A stretch of 43,173 bases of DNA. Origin: Naegleria gruberi (taxonomy: Eukaryota). Positions 35,082 to 42,716 of this stretch are shown piece after piece. Location of the stretch: assembly GCA_000004985.1 (NCBI GenBank), contig GG738968.1. One strand, written 5' to 3'. Position numbers and translations under genes: made by a program. The notes beneath the pieces are model-generated. The model saw only the letters and a program-made list of their open reading frames with translations. It was not told the origin of the DNA and searched no databases. Positions within the stretch are counted from its first letter, which is position 1, and each line of letters opens with the position of its first letter.

Positions 35082-35884
35082 GAATTGCATGTTATGAATT
35101 CCGATAATGGAAAGACAAAAGTGACCAAAACTAAAATTGAAATAATTGAGAGAATTAACATGATCAAATTGGTGGTATCATTAATACATGCTTGATTCGG
35201 ATATCTCATCAATGAAGCAATCATATCAGAAGATTCATCAGCATCATTCATCATCATTGTTGAACTACAATTGAGAAAACCAAGCAACACATAAACAAAC
35301 AACAAGGAGAATGGTTTTACAATCAAAGCACAATAAAACGTAAACCATTTCAATTTCTTATAATACTTGTTCTGTTTGTTGGCTAATCGAATTGAAATTA
35401 CATAAAAAACAGCCATAATCAATATAATTGCAATGAAAACAGAACCAATTCCAACAACACCCAAATAAGGAATCATTCTTGCAATCAAAGTCGTTGGAAA
35501 ATTGAAAGCATCAATTAAAATATAACTTCCAACATGTCCCCATTTAAAATCTGAAAGAGTTGTCATGAAAATTAAACACCACATCCAATAAACATTCACA
35601 AATAAAAAGATTGAATAATTTTTCCATCCCTTCTTTGCTTCACAATCTTGTAAAGTGATAATACTATTGGTGAGTAATATCTTTGCCTGATAAGTGATTG
35701 AATTAGTTTCGGTTGTGGTTGTATGAGTGTTGGCACTGTGCAAACTTTCAGAACCGACATGAGATGGTGTTGGTTGAAGCATTGAGGAAGAGAAAGCTAC
35801 ATTGGTATTTTGTTCGAGCAGGTTATTGGAAGAGGAGGATGAACCATTACTTGCATTAGGTACTGCAAGTAAGTCTTCGTTCAT
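35082..35884 (-). CDS. N-terminal part (about 267 codons) of a multi-pass integral membrane protein (at least 5 predicted TM helices after a 95-aa S/T-rich N-terminal region); continues into masked sequence; family not recognised
   Basis: First true ATG of the minus-strand ORF at 35884-35882 in A-rich context (aaaaacaacacaATGaac), giving MNEDLLAVPNASNGSSSSSNN.... Hydrophobic segments: YSIFLFVNVYWMWCLIFMTTL, ILIDAFNFPTTLIARMIPYLG, VVGIGSVFIAIILIMAVFYVISI, FTFYCALIVKPFSLLFVYVLLGFL, LIMLILSIISILVLVTFVFPL. Basic loop KQNKYYKKLKW (positive-inside). A 35-aa loop with 2 Cys and N-x-S/T sites is probably extracellular. The upstream part of the ORF-track ORF (MKAKDIVSHK...) starts at a TTG and is probably 5'UTR. 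Confidence 0.6.
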
Positions 35885-36208
35885 TGTGTTGTTTTTCTTT
35901 TGATTTGATGAAGTGGAAGGAAAGATGCTGAAATCCAAAAAATGCAAGTAAACTCTGAGTTTGTGCGAAACAATGTCTTTAGCTTTCAAATCGAATTTAT
36001 GTTCCGATATGTATTAGAGAAGCTCTTTTGGTAAATTCTATTTCGTGTATGGTATTGTTGTACAGGGATATTTCCTTTTGTATTTGGTCTGCCAACCCAT
36101 CATGAAAACGCAGTTTCATGTTGTACTGTTTGCCCTGATGATGGCGCAAGAGTACATTACAAGACTTCAATGTTGTATTACATTTGAAACGTATTGATGC
36201 AACAAGGT

Positions 36209-36214
36209 TTTATT
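36209..36214 (-). terminator. candidate polyadenylation signal AATAAA for the upstream minus-strand gene
   Basis: Plus strand tttatt at 36209-36214 is AATAAA on the minus strand, 44-49 nt downstream of the TAA stop (36258-36260, minus strand). No other canonical hexamer in the 270-bp spacer. Confidence 0.35.
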
Positions 36215-36257
36215 TTACAAAAAACGTATAATTGTAAAATAGAAATTTATAAATCTC

Positions 36258-36913
36258 TTAAGGTTCTTCAGCGAGTGTTGCGTAATTTCCATTTCCATCA
36301 TTTTGATTTTGTGGAGCGGTTTGTCCTTGTTTCTTCTTGTAAATGTAATATCCAACACCAATGACAATTGCAATAATTATCATCAAAATAAATCCTACAA
36401 GAACAACGATATATGATTTGTCACCCTTTTCTGTGATAATTGTTCCAGCACTACTTGATGTTGGCTTATTGCTTGATGTGCTTGGTTTGTTTGGGGATGG
36501 AGTTGGTTTGTTTGGAGATGGAGTTGGTTGAGGAGTCTTACCACTGCTAGATGTTGGTGGAGTTATTGGTTGAGCAATAAGGGCAAAAGATGAAGGCCAA
36601 TGAGTAGTTGAGCATACAACTGAATAAGTGCTTGCTGTTGCTCCTTGTTGTGAACTCAAAATGGTGGTTGTAACTCTGTCAGTCTTCCAAGAATCAGTGG
36701 TCTTATCGTAATATGCACAAGCAATTCTGGACAAGGCGACACTATGTCTTGCTAATACAGATGTTGGAACGACTATATTGTGCATGTTTAAAAGGATTGG
36801 ATCAGGAAGGTTATTTAATTCTACTCTTTGGTTGTTTCCTTGTTGAGTAATGATGAATGTAACAGCAGGGCTCAATACTTTAGAGTTAACACTTCTAATA
36901 TCAGAAACTGATG
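36258..36913 (-). CDS. C-terminal part (at least 218 codons) of a type-I surface protein: degenerate GPS-like (GAIN subdomain-B-like) motif, Pro/Thr/Ser-rich mucin-like stalk, single TM helix, short cytoplasmic tail; upstream part masked
   Basis: The open frame extends from 36911 (not the TTG 'M' chosen by the ORF track) to TAA at 36258. GPS-like motif about 36579-36719: C53-x9-W63...YSVVC88-STT-H92-W-PSSFAL, i.e. C...W...C-x-x-x-H-(L)-x-x-F-A-L, with one Cys pair retained and the other lost. Stalk PTSSSGKTPQPTPSPNKPTPSPNKPSTSSNKPTSSS. TM helix YIVVLVGFILMIIIAIVIGVGYYIY (36339-36413) followed by a KKK stop-transfer. Tail QGQTAPQNQNDGNGNYATLAEEP* with YATL. Confidence 0.7.
36484..36525. repeat. 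21-bp perfect-register tandem repeat x2 (ggtttgtttggRgatggagtt), encoding the PTPSPNK stalk repeat on the minus strand
   Basis: 36484-36504 ggtttgtttggggatggagtt and 36505-36525 ggtttgtttggagatggagtt differ at one base. They lie inside the P/T/S-rich stalk of the CDS at 36258-36913. Confidence 0.8.
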
Positions 36914-39900
36914 NNNNNNNNNNNNNNNNNNNNNNNNNNNNNNNNNNNNNNNNNNNNNNNNNNNNNNNNNNNNNNNNNNNNNNNNNNNNNNNNNNNNNNN
37001 NNNNNNNNNNNNNNNNNNNNNNNNNNNNNNNNNNNNNNNNNNNNNNNNNNNNNNNNNNNNNNNNNNNNNNNNNNNNNNNNNNNNNNNNNNNNNNNNNNNN
37101 NNNNNNNNNNNNNNNNNNNNNNNNNNNNNNNNNNNNNNNNNNNNNNNNNNNNNNNNNNNNNNNNNNNNNNNNNNNNNNNNNNNNNNNNNNNNNNNNNNNN
37201 NNNNNNNNNNNNNNNNNNNNNNNNNNNNNNNNNNNNNNNNNNNNNNNNNNNNNNNNNNNNNNNNNNNNNNNNNNNNNNNNNNNNNNNNNNNNNNNNNNNN
37301 NNNNNNNNNNNNNNNNNNNNNNNNNNNNNNNNNNNNNNNNNNNNNNNNNNNNNNNNNNNNNNNNNNNNNNNNNNNNNNNNNNNNNNNNNNNNNNNNNNNN
37401 NNNNNNNNNNNNNNNNNNNNNNNNNNNNNNNNNNNNNNNNNNNNNNNNNNNNNNNNNNNNNNNNNNNNNNNNNNNNNNNNNNNNNNNNNNNNNNNNNNNN
37501 NNNNNNNNNNNNNNNNNNNNNNNNNNNNNNNNNNNNNNNNNNNNNNNNNNNNNNNNNNNNNNNNNNNNNNNNNNNNNNNNNNNNNNNNNNNNNNNNNNNN
37601 NNNNNNNNNNNNNNNNNNNNNNNNNNNNNNNNNNNNNNNNNNNNNNNNNNNNNNNNNNNNNNNNNNNNNNNNNNNNNNNNNNNNNNNNNNNNNNNNNNNN
37701 NNNNNNNNNNNNNNNNNNNNNNNNNNNNNNNNNNNNNNNNNNNNNNNNNNNNNNNNNNNNNNNNNNNNNNNNNNNNNNNNNNNNNNNNNNNNNNNNNNNN
37801 NNNNNNNNNNNNNNNNNNNNNNNNNNNNNNNNNNNNNNNNNNNNNNNNNNNNNNNNNNNNNNNNNNNNNNNNNNNNNNNNNNNNNNNNNNNNNNNNNNNN
37901 NNNNNNNNNNNNNNNNNNNNNNNNNNNNNNNNNNNNNNNNNNNNNNNNNNNNNNNNNNNNNNNNNNNNNNNNNNNNNNNNNNNNNNNNNNNNNNNNNNNN
38001 NNNNNNNNNNNNNNNNNNNNNNNNNNNNNNNNNNNNNNNNNNNNNNNNNNNNNNNNNNNNNNNNNNNNNNNNNNNNNNNNNNNNNNNNNNNNNNNNNNNN
38101 NNNNNNNNNNNNNNNNNNNNNNNNNNNNNNNNNNNNNNNNNNNNNNNNNNNNNNNNNNNNNNNNNNNNNNNNNNNNNNNNNNNNNNNNNNNNNNNNNNNN
38201 NNNNNNNNNNNNNNNNNNNNNNNNNNNNNNNNNNNNNNNNNNNNNNNNNNNNNNNNNNNNNNNNNNNNNNNNNNNNNNNNNNNNNNNNNNNNNNNNNNNN
38301 NNNNNNNNNNNNNNNNNNNNNNNNNNNNNNNNNNNNNNNNNNNNNNNNNNNNNNNNNNNNNNNNNNNNNNNNNNNNNNNNNNNNNNNNNNNNNNNNNNNN
38401 NNNNNNNNNNNNNNNNNNNNNNNNNNNNNNNNNNNNNNNNNNNNNNNNNNNNNNNNNNNNNNNNNNNNNNNNNNNNNNNNNNNNNNNNNNNNNNNNNNNN
38501 NNNNNNNNNNNNNNNNNNNNNNNNNNNNNNNNNNNNNNNNNNNNNNNNNNNNNNNNNNNNNNNNNNNNNNNNNNNNNNNNNNNNNNNNNNNNNNNNNNNN
38601 NNNNNNNNNNNNNNNNNNNNNNNNNNNNNNNNNNNNNNNNNNNNNNNNNNNNNNNNNNNNNNNNNNNNNNNNNNNNNNNNNNNNNNNNNNNNNNNNNNNN
38701 NNNNNNNNNNNNNNNNNNNNNNNNNNNNNNNNNNNNNNNNNNNNNNNNNNNNNNNNNNNNNNNNNNNNNNNNNNNNNNNNNNNNNNNNNNNNNNNNNNNN
38801 NNNNNNNNNNNNNNNNNNNNNNNNNNNNNNNNNNNNNNNNNNNNNNNNNNNNNNNNNNNNNNNNNNNNNNNNNNNNNNNNNNNNNNNNNNNNNNNNNNNN
38901 NNNNNNNNNNNNNNNNNNNNNNNNNNNNNNNNNNNNNNNNNNNNNNNNNNNNNNNNNNNNNNNNNNNNNNNNNNNNNNNNNNNNNNNNNNNNNNNNNNNN
39001 NNNNNNNNNNNNNNNNNNNNNNNNNNNNNNNNNNNNNNNNNNNNNNNNNNNNNNNNNNNNNNNNNNNNNNNNNNNNNNNNNNNNNNNNNNNNNNNNNNNN
39101 NNNNNNNNNNNNNNNNNNNNNNNNNNNNNNNNNNNNNNNNNNNNNNNNNNNNNNNNNNNNNNNNNNNNNNNNNNNNNNNNNNNNNNNNNNNNNNNNNNNN
39201 NNNNNNNNNNNNNNNNNNNNNNNNNNNNNNNNNNNNNNNNNNNNNNNNNNNNNNNNNNNNNNNNNNNNNNNNNNNNNNNNNNNNNNNNNNNNNNNNNNNN
39301 NNNNNNNNNNNNNNNNNNNNNNNNNNNNNNNNNNNNNNNNNNNNNNNNNNNNNNNNNNNNNNNNNNNNNNNNNNNNNNNNNNNNNNNNNNNNNNNNNNNN
39401 NNNNNNNNNNNNNNNNNNNNNNNNNNNNNNNNNNNNNNNNNNNNNNNNNNNNNNNNNNNNNNNNNNNNNNNNNNNNNNNNNNNNNNNNNNNNNNNNNNNN
39501 NNNNNNNNNNNNNNNNNNNNNNNNNNNNNNNNNNNNNNNNNNNNNNNNNNNNNNNNNNNNNNNNNNNNNNNNNNNNNNNNNNNNNNNNNNNNNNNNNNNN
39601 NNNNNNNNNNNNNNNNNNNNNNNNNNNNNNNNNNNNNNNNNNNNNNNNNNNNNNNNNNNNNNNNNNNNNNNNNNNNNNNNNNNNNNNNNNNNNNNNNNNN
39701 NNNNNNNNNNNNNNNNNNNNNNNNNNNNNNNNNNNNNNNNNNNNNNNNNNNNNNNNNNNNNNNNNNNNNNNNNNNNNNNNNNNNNNNNNNNNNNNNNNNN
39801 NNNNNNNNNNNNNNNNNNNNNNNNNNNNNNNNNNNNNNNNNNNNNNNNNNNNNNNNNNNNNNNNNNNNNNNNNNNNNNNNNNNNNNNNNNNNNNNNNNNN

Positions 39901-41851
39901 NNNNNNNNNNNNNNNNNNNNNNNNNNNNNNNNNNNNNNNNNNNNNNNNNNNNNNNNNNNNNNNNNNNNNNNNNNNNNNNNNNNNNNNNNNNNNNNNNNNN
40001 NNNNNNNNNNNNNNNNNNNNNNNNNNNNNNNNNNNNNNNNNNNNNNNNNNNNNNNNNNNNNNNNNNNNNNNNNNNNNNNNNNNNNNNNNNNNNNNNNNNN
40101 NNNNNNNNNNNNNNNNNNNNNNNNNNNNNNNNNNNNNNNNNNNNNNNNNNNNNNNNNNNNNNNNNNNNNNNNNNNNNNNNNNNNNNNNNNNNNNNNNNNN
40201 NNNNNNNNNNNNNNNNNNNNNNNNNNNNNNNNNNNNNNNNNNNNNNNNNNNNNNNNNNNNNNNNNNNNNNNNNNNNNNNNNNNNNNNNNNNNNNNNNNNN
40301 NNNNNNNNNNNNNNNNNNNNNNNNNNNNNNNNNNNNNNNNNNNNNNNNNNNNNNNNNNNNNNNNNNNNNNNNNNNNNNNNNNNNNNNNNNNNNNNNNNNN
40401 NNNNNNNNNNNNNNNNNNNNNNNNNNNNNNNNNNNNNNNNNNNNNNNNNNNNNNNNNNNNNNNNNNNNNNNNNNNNNNNNNNNNNNNNNNNNNNNNNNNN
40501 NNNNNNNNNNNNNNNNNNNNNNNNNNNNNNNNNNNNNNNNNNNNNNNNNNNNNNNNNNNNNNNNNNNNNNNNNNNNNNNNNNNNNNNNNNNNNNNNNNNN
40601 NNNNNNNNNNNNNNNNNNNNNNNNNNNNNNNNNNNNNNNNNNNNNNNNNNNNNNNNNNNNNNNNNNNNNNNNNNNNNNNNNNNNNNNNNNNNNNNNNNNN
40701 NNNNNNNNNNNNNNNNNNNNNNNNNNNNNNNNNNNNNNNNNNNNNNNNNNNNNNNNNNNNNNNNNNNNNNNNNNNNNNNNNNNNNNNNNNNNNNNNNNNN
40801 NNNNNNNNNNNNNNNNNNNNNNNNNNNNNNNNNNNNNNNNNNNNNNNNNNNNNNNNNNNNNNNNNNNNNNNNNNNNNNNNNNNNNNNNNNNNNNNNNNNN
40901 NNNNNNNNNNNNNNNNNNNNNNNNNNNNNNNNNNNNNNNNNNNNNNNNNNNNNNNNNNNNNNNNNNNNNNNNNNNNNNNNNNNNNNNNNNNNNNNNNNNN
41001 NNNNNNNNNNNNNNNNNNNNNNNNNNNNNNNNNNNNNNNNNNNNNNNNNNNNNNNNNNNNNNNNNNNNNNNNNNNNNNNNNNNNNNNNNNNNNNNNNNNN
41101 NNNNNNNNNNNNNNNNNNNNNNNNNNNNNNNNNNNNNNNNNNNNNNNNNNNNNNNNNNNNNNNNNNNNNNNNNNNNNNNNNNNNNNNNNNNNNNNNNNNN
41201 NNNNNNNNNNNNNNNNNNNNNNNNNNNNNNNNNNNNNNNNNNNNNNNNNNNNNNNNNNNNNNNNNNNNNNNNNNNNNNNNNNNNNNNNNNNNNNNNNNNN
41301 NNNNNNNNNNNNNNNNNNNNNNNNNNNNNNNNNNNNNNNNNNNNNNNNNNNNNNNNNNNNNNNNNNNNNNNNNNNNNNNNNNNNNNNNNNNNNNNNNNNN
41401 NNNNNNNNNNNNNNNNNNNNNNNNNNNNNNNNNNNNNNNNNNNNNNNNNNNNNNNNNNNNNNNNNNNNNNNNNNNNNNNNNNNNNNNNNNNNNNNNNNNN
41501 NNNNNNNNNNNNNNNNNNNNNNNNNNNNNNNNNNNNNNNNNNNNNNNNNNNNNNNNNNNNNNNNNNNNNNNNNNNNNNNNNNNNNNNNNNNNNNNNNNNN
41601 NNNNNNNNNNNNNNNNNNNNNNNNNNNNNNNNNNNNNNNNNNNNNNNNNNNNNNNNNNNNNNNNNNNNNNNNNNNNNNNNNNNNNNNNNNNNNNNNNNNN
41701 NNNNNNNNNNNNNNNNNNNNNNNNNNNNNNNNNNNNNNNNNNNNNNNNNNNNNNNNNNNNNNNNNNNNNNNNNNNNNNNNNNNNNNNNNNNNNNNNNNNN
41801 NNNNNNNNNNNNNNNNNNNNNNNNNNNNNNNNNNNNNNNNNNNNNNNNNNN
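36914..41851. other. hard-masked region (4,938 N); content undeterminable
   Basis: Run of n. The 1838-aa minus ORF (36872-42388) and the plus ORFs across it are artefacts joined through N. Confidence 1.
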
Positions 41852-42388
41852 ACCAGTCATTAACGAAACTGTGACTGTGTTTGGATTGGTCAACTTGACA
41901 GTATTAGCTGGAAGGCCATCAGTGTTTTCATTAGATGATGAACCTGATGCTGCAACACCAGCAATGGTTGATACAACAGTAGGAATGTTATCGAAAACTT
42001 CTTGTTCAGGATCAACAATAACACCAGTCCAATTATAAGTTAATTTTCTGATTAAATTATTTGCTCTGTCAATAATGATCAAATCTTGAGGTCTTTCATC
42101 TTCTACCAAATTTACAAGAGGTGTAGGAATTGTTCTAGGATAGAATGCAATAGCGTGTGGATGACCGATTGGTGTATCAAGTCCATTATAGCCATCACCA
42201 AGATTACCTCCAGCGATGGTTTCCAATTTGTATGTAGGAGCCAAGTTGTTATCTGAAGATGTTGCATTGATGGTAGTAGTACTAAACAACAACATCATCA
42301 AGAGAAGGCTACTAATAAATAAAGATAATAAATATTCGTGATGAGAAAAAGATTTTACTCTCCCTGCAGAGTCGAAAAACCTCTTCAT
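41852..42388 (-). CDS. N-terminal 179 codons of a secreted/surface protein: signal peptide (or signal anchor) followed by NHL-type beta-propeller repeat(s); probably the 5' end of the same gene whose C-terminus is at 36258-36913
   Basis: ATG at 42388-42386 in context ggcacaaaaATGaag. MKRFFDSAGRVKSFSHHEYLLSLFISSLLLMMLLFSTTTINA has a charged n-region, a 20-aa hydrophobic core and a small-residue cleavage-like site TINA. NHL-like repeat about 42041-42220: LETIAGGNLGDGYNGLDTPIGHPHAIAF...LIIIDRANNLIRKL, matching the IAG..G..DG...P...A / D..N..I.K consensus. A second IAG-x-G-...-DG-LP-A...V start is at 41861-41974. N-x-S/T sequons NAT and NWT suggest an ectodomain. Confidence 0.6.
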
Positions 42389-42716
42389 TTTTGTGCCTTT
42401 TTTTCTTCTTGTCGATTCACTCTACTTGTGCATAAGAGAAGAATGTTTGATGGATGGGAAGTAATTTTGGAAGGGCAAGGGCAGAAAGTATGTTGTTTGA
42501 TGCTAAGAAGTGATCTCCGCATTTTGATTTTGTTGGAGTAAATTTAATTGGCTGATTATTTTTTGTTAGTCTTCTTTTTGTCTTCCATTTACGAGAAGAT
42601 CTTCACGAAAGATTATTTAAAGATAGCATTGTGAATTCAGCAAATTTTTATTTTTTTTAAATTATGAATTGTTTATTCTTGTAACGGTAACTTTTACTGC
42701 CCGCCACGTTTAAAAA
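42389..42716. promoter_or_regulatory. 328-bp divergent intergenic/promoter region between the minus-strand receptor gene (ATG 42388) and the plus-strand AP-endonuclease gene (ATG 42717)
   Basis: No plausible ORF (the 67-aa ORF 42338-42541 is antisense to the receptor start). AT-rich with T-runs (42651-42658) about 60 bp upstream of the APE ATG. Both flanking ATGs are in A-run contexts. Confidence 0.4.

Noticed and set aside
30193-35195. Five overlapping 1600-1900-aa ORFs on both strands across the second N run
   Set aside because: They are X-filled artefacts. Only the real flank of the 30197-35989 minus ORF (35082-35884) carries information, and that part was kept as a feature.
35869-35874. 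GTAAGT hexamer near the TM-protein start, as a possible intron donor
   Set aside because: It is on the plus strand while the gene is on the minus strand. The minus-strand reading is continuous and sensible without splicing.
36850-42388. 1838-aa minus ORF and 1650-1674-aa plus ORFs across the third N run
   Set aside because: The ORFs are joined through N. The real ends belong to different reading frames (see the frame-discontinuity finding). The tail of the frame that is continuous through the mask, HQFLILEVLTLKY*, is not the coding frame. The adjacent frame with the GPS-like motif is. The plus ORF start MMNVTAGLNTLELTLLISETD is antisense to that real CDS.
42338-42541. 67-aa plus-strand ORF MMRKRFYSPCRVEKPLHF...
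   Set aside because: It is antisense to the start of the receptor gene and extends into the intergenic spacer. Chance ORF.
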